Notes: generated by a model from the sequence alone, not told the origin. Positions 41,706 to 54,145 are shown, counted from the whole stretch's first letter. The stretch: DNA of 63,286 nt, filler included, from Olpidium bornovanus S191 (GCA_017911155.1; 30 parts of 30 records of this genome joined end to end with filler, not necessarily neighbours in it), one strand, 5' to 3'. Numbers and translations: made by a program.

Positions 41706-42400
41706 CATGTTCAGAGTCTCGTTCATCATTTCAACTGTCCTGTAGTAGCCGTGGAAAGCGTGCCGGAAAACAGGTTCTCTTCTTTGCAATAAGCTGGTAT
41801 TGTTATCCTTAAAAATGTCAGCTGTTGTAATACGTTGTCCTGCCACGGCGTGATTCCAAGTTCCGGGCTGTACAAGAAGAGAAAAGCGGCGGGTGTTGAC
41901 CCGTATTTCAAATTACCCACGTACCTATTGTGAAAATTATCCCGAGAGTACTCTATCCAAATCACGTTCTTGAAGACCTCGTGCGCCGTGCTCCTTTCAT
42001 CCAGCGCGAGTGCGAGGAAGCTGGCGGTGTTCCGAGCTGCGGATGGCGGCGGCGCCATTCCCCGCCGGGTGCTGTAAGTCTTCACCCAGGCCGCGACACA
42101 CCCCGAGCGCTCTTCCGCGGGCTGGAACGGGCTCCAAAAAACCGCTCGACTCCCCACCCCCCTCTCACCTTTGACCAGCTCTTCCCGCAAGAGGCTCCTC
42201 CGCTTTTCCTCGTCGCCTGCGGCTTCGACCCTGGCCCGTGCCGCGCGCACGTTTCTGCGTATCCGTGCCCTTGCCAGGAGCGTCTGCGACCGCTTCCTGC
42301 TGTAATTGAGGGTTGACCCTCCGGCGTCCGCGGCGCAGCCCGCCGCGCGCAGCATCGAGCGGTAGAGTGAGCGCAGGGCTGCGGGCGACTCGGCGGCCAT
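41706..42400 (-). CDS. LYR-motif mitochondrial protein, DUF1763-like (3' truncated)
   Basis: LRSLYRSMLRAA; NTASFLALA...HEVFKNVIWIE; YYRTVEMMNETLNM resemble the fungal DUF1763 pattern (recalled). Confidence 0.6.
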
Positions 42401-43187
42401 TTGGTATGTCCTTGTTCGTTCCGCCCAAGGCAGACGGGAGCGACGCCGGGCGGTTGCCTGGCAAGGGCGCAGTGAAAGTACTGTAAATAAAGCAAAAAGA
42501 TTATCCGCGCCCCCTTTTTACTTGTTCATTCACGAAAACACGGTTCGCCCCTTGGGCGCCGTGTTCGGGAACGTGAACACCTCCCCCCTCCCAGGGGCAC
42601 CCCTGCCTGTGGCCTCCAAAAGGGTACTCTTGCTGCCCAAATCCAAAGTCTCGTTGTGCACGTCACAGGATATTCAAAAACGAGAGTCAAACACTCCGCA
42701 GAAGGCCCATTTTGGTGTGGATTTGGAGATTCTCACTAAATGTTTGGCCGGACCAAAAACAGCCTGTTTTCGACTAGCCTAAACAATCAATGAGAATCTG
42801 GGACTGGCGAGCTCCGAGAAACAACGTCGGGTTCTGCCAAATCAACAACGGTCGTAGGAAAGCCCGCAGCCAAAAGCACAGCTTTCCGCACACCGACCAA
42901 AGCCCAGAATGAGCTTCACGGTTCGTTGTTCATCCGTTCCGGAACTATCTTTAGCGTGTCCCGCGGGGCGGTTCAGCACGTTTGCTTAGTTTTGACGTCC
43001 GCGATTATTATTTTTTTATCCGTGGTACAGAGCAAGACTTTGGAGGGGCCGCGAGCCAACGCTGGCTGGGTCGGCGCGGCGCTGACTGGGGCTCGCTGCG
43101 GCCGCTGCAGCGGGCAACTTTTTTGTAAGTCGGACTTGGAAGACCGCGCGTAATGCCAGACTGCTACTGACACCTCAACTACTCGAA

Positions 43188-43433
43188 CTTTAGTGGCGAA
43201 GTGCCCACCAAGTGGAAGTCGTTGAGGAGCGGATGAATGCAGAGCTGGCGAAGGTGGAGAGGGAGACGTCGAAGGTGAAGGGGGAGTTGGCGGCGGCGGT
43301 TGAAAGAGCGAAAGCGGACACGGCGGAAAAGTTTCTCCGCTACGGCTTCGCGGAGGAGTACCAGAAGTACCAGCGGCTCCTTGCGCTCTATCAAGGCGAA
43401 GACAAGGATGCCGCGAAAAATATAAAAAGTTAA
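43188..43433 (+). CDS. small coiled-coil protein, terminal exon
   Basis: WRSAHQVEVVEERMNAELAKVE...EKFLRYGFAEEYQKYQ after a tttag acceptor; upstream exon(s) likely at ~42909-43125. Confidence 0.45.
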
Positions 43434-43673
43434 CGTACCTCCTAAAGTACTCATCACTTCGCTTACTGTTCGCGAAAGCTGCACATGACAACCTCGGTAT
43501 CAAGCTGGATATCAAGACTGATGGAGACCAACGCCATATACAGGCTCATTCTTAACACCGTGTGGTGGCAGGGNNNNNNNNNNNNNNNNNNNNNNNNNNN
43601 NNNNNNNNNNNNNNNNNTTAATTAATTAANNNNNNNNNNNNNNNNNNNNNNNNNNNNNNNNNNNNNNNNNNNN

Positions 43674-44527
43674 CATGTTCCCAACGGACGGCGATGGTGC
43701 CGTCGGGGCCCTGTACCATTCCGAGCGTCAGAGGCGGGAATTAGCTAAGCAGTACGTGCCGTTCGCTTTTCGATTTAACCCACCACCCTTCTTTTTTCGA
43801 TCACGACAACGTCGCTGACTGGCGTATCGGCCTGCTTTCCCGTCGCCGGCCGTGCCCGGTAACACTGGGCGTTCGGTCCCGCGACCGTCCCTTTTTTTAT
43901 TTCACCACCAGGTCCGAAGCGTGGGTTTGCCCCGTTTGCGGGAGCAAAAACGGCGAGGCACTGCCGGACCCGAAGGAAGGCGAGGTACCCCCCCCGGTGA
44001 CCGCGGCTGAAGAAGACGAACGTCAAGCGCCGGTTCAGATCCCGGGATTATCTTTTGCGTACGAGGGTGACGAGGCTGTGCCGCGTCCGTCTTCCTCCTC
44101 CTCTGCCGCCCCCGAAAAAAGCGGTACGGAAAGCGCCTGTCCCGGGAGCGGGAGCTCGGACCCCGCGCAAGGCGGCGACGAGGCCGCCGCCTGCGCCGGC
44201 CGACCGCAGCCGGGCGGACGGATCCCCGGCGGCGGCTGCAACCCCGAGGCGGCGGCGGCCGAGGCCGACGATCGGCGACAATTTGATGCCGGGAGATCGG
44301 CGTCGCCGGCCAGCGCGGCGGCGGGTGAAGTTAGACCGCCTGGAGGGACAAACCCCGCGCGCTCTCAGCCAGAGCAGCCGCCGGACGGAGAAGCGGTGAT
44401 CCGGGCGCGCCCGTTCGAACGACGGACGGGCCTGCGGAATTTACATAGCTGGGCGCTCGACCTTGTCATTGCCGTCTTGGTCTGCATCATAGCCGAGCGC
44501 CTGGCAAGGAAGTTCTATATCTTGTAA
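43674..44527 (+). CDS. tail-anchored E2 ubiquitin-conjugating enzyme (Ubc6/UBE2J1-like), C-terminal half
   Basis: FPTDGDGAVGALYHSERQRRELAKQ/SEAWVCPVCG resembles UBE2J1 FMPT.G.GAIGSLDY...RR.LAK.S...C..CG; C-terminal TM helix WALDLVIAVLVCIIA. Confidence 0.75.
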
Positions 44528-45016
44528 AAGTTTGTGTTGGCCCGAGGTGATGACCCCTTCTCCCCTTCCTTCCCTTACCTTCCCCTTCTTCCTCTGCCAC
44601 GGCCTCGTTTTACACCACCCGCCCGGCCATGAACTACTTCGCCGATCCGTACCGCCAGATGGCCGTGGACGTGTTCCTGGGGCAGTCCCGGCTGCCCATC
44701 CCGTCCGAGAACTCCAAGTACCGGCAGCTCATCCGCAAGCGTACGGCGNNNNNNNNNNNNNNNNNNNNNNNNNNNNNNNNNNNNNNNNNNNNTTAATTAA
44801 TTAANNNNNNNNNNNNNNNNNNNNNNNNNNNNNNNNNNNNNNNNNNNNCATGCATACATAGTAAAACAGGCGGTCCCGGGGGCCCTGACACATAAGCAGA
44901 AATACGGTTTCCACGGTTTTTTTGTTCCACCCCTTTTTTTCCCCGTCCGCTCCGCAGAAATACAAAAGAAAAGGCTGCGCGCTCAACAACAACAATAGAC
45001 GGAGGAAATCCAACCG

Positions 45017-45256
45017 CAGAAAGTTGCAGGACTTGAGGAAGTGTGGGACCCCTTCGAAGGAGATTCAAATTTTTTTCGGCCGGTGCTCGAAAAGGGACCC
45101 GAAGGGGGTTTGAAGTCCAAACAGGACAGACTCAACGAGCTCGTACAGAGCACCAGCGATCGAACAGAATGGAAGAGGACAAAACGTGCCAAACTCGGCC
45201 GGGGCCCCGCCAAACGGGAACCGCTGCCCAGGAAGCACCACGTGGAGGGCGTTTGA
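45017..45256 (+). CDS. probable terminal exon of an unidentified gene
   Basis: ccgcag acceptor, then KVAGLEEVWDPFEGDSNFF...HHVEGV*. Confidence 0.35.
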   Translation, partial: QKVAGLEEVWDPFEGDSNFFRPVLEKGPEGGLKSKQDRLNELVQSTSDRTEWKRTKRAKLGRGPAKREPLPRKHHVEGV

Positions 45257-46187
45257 CAAGCTCCGCACCCCCCACCACCCTTTTTTTTTTCCGGGAACAA
45301 ACCCCCCCCCCCAATTCGACAGAGGGAACAAATAAACCGGCCGTTATTTCCCCGGTGTAAAAGGAAAAGGAGACGCGGAATTCGAGCTGGTAGACAGGTG
45401 ACTTCCAGACACGTCCAGCGTTCGGTGGTTTGGCTGTGGATCCATCACAGGGAAACTCGAACACGTTGGCGTAAACTGGACTACCTCGTGTCTCCAACAA
45501 CAGGGTTGTCGAGAGGTACTACCGGGAAGGGCCGGCTGATGATGATGATTTTGATGTGCAGAGAATTCGCCGAGCACGCGCAAAGCTCTCCCTCTCCCCT
45601 CACCCTTTCCCCACCGCCACCCCCTTCCCCAACGCCACCCCCCTTCCCCAGTGCCTCAAATCGGACACGTCCGGGCGGCGCCCGTGGGGTGAACGGGTTG
45701 GTATGACCAGCATCCCCGGCTTGCCCTGCGCCCTTGGTCCCCGGTGAAGACCGGACGACCGCGAGCGGCAACGGCCGACTCCGGTGAGGCAGGAGCCACC
45801 TGCGCACAGCGGCGCGCCGCGCGGCCTGACGGGGTCCAGAACAAACCGGAGAAGACCTGGTGGTCCCGGCTGACAAGCAGGCACCCGCCGGCGAGGCGCG
45901 GCACCAGGCAGTCCAGAACCCCCCGGGGAATACCAGACGAGCCCGGGTGACAAGCATGTAATTCCCCGTGAGCTGAGGAGCCGTCTCCACGAACTACGGA
46001 CCTTGCGCAAGATGGTTTTGGAGAAAACCGCAGGGGTTCCCCATCCCGGATATTCTCCTTGCTGCGGTTTGCCGGCGGGGAGAACGGAAGGGGGAGGGGG
46101 GGTGGTGATATACATAAACTCGAGTGCGCGCGCTGGGCGGGCAAATCGGGAGGCGAGGGGGGATGGGGATGGGGGTTTCGACCTGGC

Positions 46188-47307
46188 TCACAATTCGTCG
46201 AATTTTTTGACGTCCAACGACGAGCTCCATTGCACCAGGTTGTCCGCCTCTTCTTCCTCCCACCGCTCCATTCCTCCGACCGAGTCGCCGTCCCGCGGCG
46301 GGTCGAGCTTCGGCGCCGCGGCCGGGAACTCGTCCGGCAGTCTCTGCGATTCCGGGTGTCGATCAGAATCGACGACGCCCTCCGCCTGCTCCTCCTCCCG
46401 CGTCGGAGGCGCGCCCGACGCCGCCGGCTGCTTTTGCAGGGGAAAAGGCGACTGCCCCGGGACGCCGGGAATGGTGATTCGAACCTGCTCTTCGGCCGGC
46501 TCGGCCTGGTCCAGCTCTCCCAGGTTGTAGATTTTCTGAAGCTTGAAGATGCGCGCCGCTCGCAGCGCCCTCTCCGTCGCCACCTGCTTTTGCAGGCGCT
46601 GGTACTGGCTGCTCTTCTTGGTGATATCAGGAAACCGGCCGTAGAGGATATCATGTTGTCTGGCGGGAACGTGCCCGGGGGGAGGGGCCGGGGGCGGTGA
46701 TTAACAAGCGAGTCCCAGGCGTGAAAGCCCGGAACCTACTCGCGGCCCGCGCGGCGCACCGTTTCGTCACTTCTTCGACAATGGCCGTGGTCAATTTGAT
46801 CCGCGGACTGCGGCTCACGATGATGCGGCCGCAGCCTGTCTGGTCCGTGGGAAGGCTGGTGGCGACGTATCTCCATTGCTCGTAGTAGTTCTCGAAGCTG
46901 ACATCCGAAGGCGGCCTCAAGGGCACCCCGCCGCCGGGATCAGATTCCGCCCGGCGATCCACCTCCTCGTCGTCGTCGTCCTCCTCTCCCCGCCGCTCTC
47001 CTCCTCCGCGTCTTCCCTCTCCCGCCGGCGGCAGGCCGGCGGCGATCCTGCGGCTGGCCGTCGCGCAGTCGCGCGCTAGCTGCGCGTACAGCCGCGGGCG
47101 CTCCAGCCAGCACTTGTAGGCGGCGGCGTTGGCCGGCGGGTAGTTGGCGAGCGGCTCGGCCAGCGTCGCGCGCAGTGCGGTGAGGAGCGCGCGGAGACCG
47201 CCGGGCCGCCAGCAGAAGTCGACGTCACTCAGCATGGGAATCCGCGGGCGGCCGGACTTCATGTCGACTGCGTTTCGAAAGCGAGGACGCGGCGGAAGGT
47301 CAGGCAT
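46188..47307 (-). CDS. hypothetical protein (at least 2 exons), weak C11orf65/MFI-like motifs
   Basis: Two overlapping GC-rich ORFs; SFENYYEQWRYVATS, RAARIFKLQKIY, EADNLVQWSSSLD. Confidence 0.4.
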
Positions 47308-47640
47308 TTTTTTTCCCTCCTTTCCGCCTTCGCCGGGGCTCCTCCTCCTCCCCCGCTCGACGGTTCATCCGCGCGGGGCAGAGAGCGCCGGCCGCACTAA
47401 AATATTTCTTCTTCTTCGTTTTTCCGCAACTTACTGTTCGGGTGGAACGGCACCGTGATGAAACCTACCATGGNNNNNNNNNNNNNNNNNNNNNNNNNNN
47501 NNNNNNNNNNNNNNNNNTTAATTAATTAANNNNNNNNNNNNNNNNNNNNNNNNNNNNNNNNNNNNNNNNNNNNAAAAAAAAGTAAAAAAGAAAAAAAGAA
47601 AAAAAAAACGTAAAAAAAACGAAAAAAAAAGTTAAAAAAA

Positions 47641-47678
<38 letters not shown>

Positions 47679-48620
47679 TGACGAAGTGCCTCCTTCCGGT
47701 GAAGATCTTCAGCCCTGGCGCTTGGTTCACGTTTCGTAACAGCGACACAACCATTCCCGCCCCGAAATAGGCACCACCGGCAGTTGGTTTAGTCGCACGG
47801 TGACACAAATGCCACGCGCTCCTTTGCAGGAATCGTGGGGGGGGAAGAGGAGGAGGAGGGTGAACCGGGGGCGGCGGGGCGAAGGTTGGGCTTGGGAAAG
47901 CGTGGGGGTTGGGGGAATTGGGGCTCTGCGGTGTGTGCGCGTTGTGTGCGCAAGCTTCCCCCGGTTGGCAAACCCTCCCAACTCCTCATCCCCCTCCCCC
48001 CTTCACTGCGGCCGTCGCCCGTCGATGCTGCTCCGCGGCGGCCTTGGGGCGAACGCTCGGGGCTAAACTGTGCTTGTGCGGGCCGAAAGCGCGGAAGGAT
48101 CTTTCCGCCGAGGGCACATCGAGAGGCGCACCCAACTTAGCGGCTGCGGCGGTGATCATTTGGACCCCAGTCGCTGATAGACAGGCGTCGAGGCTCACAC
48201 GCGCGTCGCACCAAAAAAAAAAAAAAAAAAAAGCAAAAATGAGATCGCCAACGCCCGCATATCCGCTGCATGGGGTCCTGCCTTACTGTCAGGGGGGCTT
48301 TTCCTAGCCTAATGCCAAGGAAACGCCCGGCGCAGACGTCGGCCATTCAGCAGCCGGCCCGAAACACCTCCGGGCGAACCCAAAAACTGGCGGCAAGACG
48401 CCTCCAACGGGCGGTCCCTTCGTGGACCCGCCGGTGCCGGCCATGCGTCCAACTGCTTCGACAGAGGTCACAATTTTCGCAACGCATCCCGATGCTTTTC
48501 TCCTCTTCGGAAAAACTTTGATCTCAAAGCGCCCGCACGAGCATGAAAAGGCGAAGAAGGTATCAAAGAATAAAAAACGGTGGGACAGCAAGGGCGCGCG
48601 CGATTGAAAGACCGACGAAA

Positions 48621-49101
48621 TTAGAATCCGGGCCCTTTTTGCCTGCCAGTTGGGAAGGCCGGGAAGGTTCGCATGCGGAGCCGTTCCGATTCTTCTCGGA
48701 GGATCGTGAGGTCCTGCTGTTGGGCCTTCGCCAGGTCGACCAATTTGCTTCGCTCGGCAATCGCCTTCAGCCGGGTGTCAGGACTGCTGCCGACTTTGTG
48801 TTTCGCACCTGAGGAAACGAAAGCGCGGGGACGCCGTCTGCTCAGCCAACGGGCCTTCTTGTTCTTCTTTTTTTGTTTTTTTTTTCTTTTTCTCGTTTTT
48901 TTATTTTTCTTCCAGTAACTCTGGATAACTCGGCATCGGCGACGTACCTTGGGCTTCGTGGATTTTGGCGCGCTCGGCGACCGCCAGCTCCAGTTCGGCC
49001 AGCTGCACGTCAAGAAGTCTGTTTTCTTCGTCTTTCATCATGATTTTTCGCTTGAGCTTTCGCGCCGCTCGGAGTTTCTCCGCTATCTTGTGCTCGTGCG
49101 C
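48621..49101 (-). CDS. CFAP43: CFAP43/WDR96 C-terminal exons (49101-48948, 48808-48621)
   Basis: KLVDLAKAQQQDLTILREESERLRMRTFPAF matches the conserved CFAP43 C-terminus (ERLRMKTFPAL). Confidence 0.85.
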
Positions 49102-49299
49102 CTGCGCGGACGACGGAAACTCAGCAGCTCTGACTCACGGCCCTGCGACGGGCAGATAANNNNNNNNNNNNNNNNNNNNNNNNNNNNNNNNNNNNNNNNN
49201 NNNTTAATTAATTAANNNNNNNNNNNNNNNNNNNNNNNNNNNNNNNNNNNNNNNNNNNNACGGCGAGAAGGAAAATTAGGCGAGAATTCAACAGTTCCA

Positions 49300-49950
49300 C
49301 AACCCCCTTCTTTTCCAAACTTTCCAAGCTGCTCCCCACCCTTTCAACCCGAACCCCCCCCGCCCCCCTTGAGCCCAAACTTTCCCGCCCCCCTTCAACC
49401 CGAACTTCCCCGCCCCCCTTTAACCCGAACCCCCCTTACTTTGATTCACTTCTCACCAGCACAAAATTCAGGGGTTCCGAACTGGACTCAAGATTTGCGT
49501 TCAGCCAACACGAACATTCAGGGTACAGTGTTGTGGGCGGAGTTGTTGGTTCCGCGAAGGTTTCTTGTGTTTATGCCAGGGTTACCCTGGTATTTTCCGG
49601 TGAAAATGTACCTGGACAAAGTGAGCCGAAAAGGAAATAGGAAAAAAAAGCCAAAAGGAAATCTTATTCTTGTTCTTATTGGCCTTCCTGTGAGGGACAG
49701 GTTGTGCATTTTTCCGTAACCTAATTTTATTCTTGTTTTTATTGGCCCCTCTGTAAGGGGCTGTGAGGGGAACGTTGTGCTTATTTCCGAAACCAAACTT
49801 TATTCTGGTCCCTATTGGCCCCCCTTTCTTTTCCAAACTTGAACCCGAACCCCCCTTGAACCCCACCCCCTCCTCCTCCCCACTCTAATTCGCTTTTCGC
49901 CAGCACAAAAATTCAGGGGTTCCGACCTGGATTCCGATTTGCTTTCTGAC
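49300..49950. repeat. degenerate higher-order tandem repeat region
   Basis: CCAGCACAAAA(A)TTCAGGGGTTCCGA at ~49456 and ~49900; TTATTCT...TATTGGCC three times; AACCCGAAC four times. Confidence 0.7.
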
Positions 49951-50405
49951 AACACAAAGGTATAAAAAGCAAATCGGAGAAATTTTCTTTTTGAATAATG
50001 TTAATGAAGTGGCAAAATATAAGTGACATAACGTTCATGAAATCTGAAGGAGGCGATCAGCAATAAATTCTAAACTCCTGGCAAAAAAAAACCAAAAATC
50101 CTACAAACATTCAGATCTGCCATTCAGCTTTGCAAACATTAAGCTCTGCCATTGTCCATTGTCAATTGTCCAAAAAAAATAGAAAAATGTACTTTCACGG
50201 CAACAAAAAAAGAAGTACAGAAAACAGAACAAACTCACCTGGAGGTGTCAAATTCAGTCGGTTCTGCAGAAACAGATACCGTTGCCCAGGAAGTCCATGT
50301 GGAGGNNNNNNNNNNNNNNNNNNNNNNNNNNNNNNNNNNNNNNNNNNNNTTAATTAATTAANNNNNNNNNNNNNNNNNNNNNNNNNNNNNNNNNNNNNNN
50401 NNNNN

Positions 50406-53062
50406 CATGATCTGCCTAGTGGTTTCGGGGTCGTTTCTTGTCCCAATTTCGTCTTCCGCGATGTCTATTCCGCTTTCCGCCGCCTCCCCAGCCGTCCACT
50501 CCGGCACACCCCTCGCCGCGTCCGCCAGCTTCCTTTCCGCGGCGAGCTTCTCGTGCTCCAGGCTTCCCTGATACTGAAGCTCCACCGCAAGCATCTCCTT
50601 CTCGAGCTTTTGCCTCCGGAAGCCGGCATCGACCTCCTGTTCGCCGATCTCCTTCTCCAGCCAGCGCAACTTCTGCTGTCGAGCCTTCAGCTCTTCAAAC
50701 CGGCCAGCGTTTTCGGCAGCCTCTCGCTCTAGTGCTTCCAACTCCGCCTGCCGCCGAGCTACCCGCTCCCGCACGGCCTCGAGTCGCGTTTCGAGCTCCT
50801 GCTCGCGGTTGGCTTGGCGCTTCAATTCGCTGGCGCACGCCACCTCGCGCTCGCGAGCTTCGAACTCTGCATGGCGCTCCTCCGACTGATGATGCGCGGC
50901 AAGTGATGCGAGGCGCGAGCGATGCGCCGCCTCTTCGTCCGCCGTCTCCCGATTCAACGCCTCGCGGAGTTCTCGCTTCATGGCCTCATTCCGCGCGCGG
51001 TCGCGCTCGATCTCCTCCTCGGCTTCGCGGCGTATTTGATCTAGGTTCCGCTGCAGCTCCGCTCGGAGTTCCCCAAGCGTTTTGTCATGACGTTCCTGCA
51101 CGGCCCGCCGCTCGGCCAAAAAAGACTTCTCCAGCGCTTCCATGTCGGCCCTGTGTGCCTGTTTCAGCTGGGCGTCCTCGGCGACAGTCCTGCCGAAAGC
51201 CTTGGCCGCATCCCCTATCTCCGTTTCCAAACTCAGCCGCAGCTTTTTCAGCTCAACATCGCTGTCCGTCCGCATCTTTTTCTCTTTCTCGTCCCGTTCC
51301 TCCCGCAGCTGTTGGCCCAGCCTCGCCAGCTGCTCCTTCGCCGCGGCCCGCAGTTCAGCTTCCAGCGCGGCTTTCTCCTTCGCGAGCTCGGCCTCCAAGG
51401 TCCTTGTTTTGGCCTCCATCGTCTTCCTCATGATCTCCTCGGTGGTCTTCATCTGCATGTCTACCTCCCTCTTCAGCGCCTCCTCGCGCTTTTGCTCCAA
51501 CTGCTCCGTGAGCTTCCGCCGGATCTTCTCCTCCTCGGCTTCAAGCTCCACTTGTATTGACCGCTGCAACTCCTGTCTCCGGGCGGCGAAGCAGTCGGTG
51601 TCGTCGCGCTCATCCTCGGCGATGCGGTCACCACGATTACCCAGGAGGGACTTGGCCCCGCCGGAGCTCAGTTCGACATCGCCACTTCCTCCGGCTCCGG
51701 CTCCTGCACTCGCGGTCGAGGACCGGCAGGCCTTGTGGGCCACTTCGCCGGAGTGGCTCCCCCGCGAAGAGGCCACGGACGACGGGCAAGGATTGTCACC
51801 CGTGCCCAGTCCCTTACCGCTAGTCAGGCCGGTAAGAACTTTCGGCTTTCCGGCCTCGGGCTTCACCGACGGAGCTGACGCCGGATGCGGAAGGTCGGAG
51901 GGGACCGCAAGCTCGGTATTCTTCGCGACAGAGGCGGGGGACTGCATCGCCCCGAGGTCGACCTTGGTGTCAAGGGCGCCCAGGCCTTTTAACGGTGCCA
52001 ACTCCTTTTTCGGACCGTCGCTGACGCCTGGCAACGTCGTGTTGTCGGGCACCTTCTGCTTTATCGGCGGGATCGCGGTGTGGCTGAGCGATTTCGTTGA
52101 CGCTCCCGTCCCCTGCGCGATGCGAGCATGGCGCGAAGCGTCAAACAACAGTTGCTACTGACATTAAACGCTTTCTGCATCTAGCGGCCGAGGGTGAACC
52201 ACCTTCGGCTCAAGGACTGTCCGTCGCTCGTCGGCTTTTCCGAGGCCGTGCGAGGCTGGCGGCGGCGACGACGCCGGCACCGGCCCCTTTCGGCGCTCGC
52301 GCTCAACGAGCGACTTGTAGTGCTCGTCGCACGGGTGGTCCCACATCGACTCGCCAGTCGCAAAGTTGAAATAGTACACGCCACTGTCGTCCGTCTTGCT
52401 GATTGGGTTGCGCAGGGGACCGCGCGAGGGTCAGGTCTGTGAGATTGGCCATCCGAGGAGGCGTGATCGACGCGGCTGAAATCGTCATTTTTACATTGGA
52501 CGGTTGCCGACACTACTTCGGCTCACCATGGCCTCCAATCCGGGGGAAGCGGTGCCTTCAGGCCTTCCCGCGCAACCCAGAGAAGATGCCGCTCCTTCGC
52601 GGTGTCGATGCCGAGGAACTGTGCGTACTCCTCGATCTCTGGCGACGCCAAGTGTAAAACGAGATCAGCGGCGCAAAACGACACGGGTTCGTGCTCGGGG
52701 ACGTAGTCGCGGACGGCAGGGGGCCCCGGACGCCTGTGCCTTGAAAAGCGGCAGGGTGGAGGACGGGAACCCAAACGTGGCAGTCCGCGGTCCGGTCAAG
52801 CCAAGAAGGCCTGACGAGGGGAAGCGTGTGTATGTGTGCGCGCGTGGGCGTGTGGTGGGAAATGGAGGATTGGCGGCTGCTTTTATATATATATATATAT
52901 ATACTTGTCGCCTTCTTCTTCACCTTCGGCGGTCGGCTCGTAGTTTTCGTCGTACTCTTCTTCGAGCACAACACTCTCCGCACCGCCGGCGGTGCTATTA
53001 GGCGCGCCGGCTGCGGCGGCGGGGGCGTTCGCGGGCGGCCCGCCCTTGGACGGTAGGGGCAT
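50406..53062 (-). CDS. CEP164: CEP164 centriolar distal-appendage protein (WW domain + coiled coil), 3' truncated
   Basis: [27 protein letters not shown]...[19 protein letters not shown]/...[24 protein letters not shown]; exons 53062-52924, 52638-52527, from 52398. Confidence 0.92.
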
Positions 53063-53104
53063 GGCGCTCCGCGGGAAAGAGAGCGCCTTGGCGCGCCTGC
53101 GTGT

Positions 53105-53147
<43 letters not shown>

Positions 53148-53289
53148 CGGGCGCGCGTCGGGGGGGAAGGCGGAAGGGGGTGGGAATTTTAAAAGTCCCA
53201 GGGGAGTATACCACCCCTCCTCACTCAGCTCGGGGCTCGGCCCCTTCGGTGGGAGGGCCGGACGAAGGACGAAGGAGCGGGGGATTTAT

Positions 53290-53328
<39 letters not shown>

Positions 53329-53497
53329 CTCCGGCGCGCCCCACGNNNNNNNNNNNNNNNNNNNNNNNNNNNNNNNNNNNNNNNNNNNNTTAATTAATTA
53401 ANNNNNNNNNNNNNNNNNNNNNNNNNNNNNNNNNNNNNNNNNNNNCACACACACACACACCCTTCCCCCTCCCGGTCGCAAAAAAAAAAAAAAAAAA

Positions 53498-54145
53498 ATG
53501 GACGTCAACTACCTGAAGGCCCACGTGTCGACCGTGCTCGCCGAGGCGCTCCTTTGCGCGTCGGTGCGGCACCCGGGCGGCCCGGGCGACGTGATCAACT
53601 TCGTCGGCGAGCACCTCCTCGCGCACGAGCGGCGGGCACGGGAGGCCGCCGAGCGGGACGGGGCGCAGCGGGAGCGGCGGGCGAGGCGCGAGGCGTGGCT
53701 GGCGGCCCTGCGGGCCGAGCGGGAGCGGGAGGCCCGGCGGCTCCGGGAGGAGCGGGAGCGCGCGCGCCGGGAGGAGCAGCTGCGCGGGGCCCGGGCCGCG
53801 CAGGAGGCCCGCGAGGAGCGGCGCCGGGCCGCCGAGGAGCGGGAGAGGCTGCGGAGGAGGGAGCAGGAGGACGAGGACGAGGACGCGGCGGAGGAGGGGG
53901 AGGAGGGCCTGGCGGCGGCGTCCTCGCTGCTGCTCGAGCGCGCGGGCGGCGGCGCCGGCGGCGACCCGGACCTGGACGGGGAGTCCGACGGCGGAGGCCC
54001 CGCCGCCGCCGCTGTCGCCGGCGCCGTGGATTCGTCTCCGGCCGACGGGGACGCCAACGGCACCCTCCCCCCGGACCCGCCGCGGCAGCAGGGGAGCGCC
54101 ATCGCGGAAGAGGAGGAGGAGGGCGAGGCGAATGAGGAATCATGA
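53498..54145 (+). CDS. Dpy-30-motif protein with charged helix (DYDC/RSP2-like)
   Basis: MDVNYLKAHVSTVLAEALLCASVRHPGGPGDVINFVGEHLL fits the Dpy-30 dimerisation motif at the extreme N-terminus; E/R-rich helix follows. Confidence 0.65.
   Translation: MDVNYLKAHVSTVLAEALLCASVRHPGGPGDVINFVGEHLLAHERRAREAAERDGAQRERRARREAWLAALRAEREREARRLREERERARREEQLRGARAAQEAREERRRAAEERERLRRREQEDEDEDAAEEGEEGLAAASSLLLERAGGGAGGDPDLDGESDGGGPAAAAVAGAVDSSPADGDANGTLPPDPPRQQGSAIAEEEEEGEANEES

Noticed and set aside
47574-54145. Apparent flagellar gene cluster (CFAP43, CEP164, DYDC-like)
   Set aside because: The genes are on different contigs joined arbitrarily; no linkage evidence
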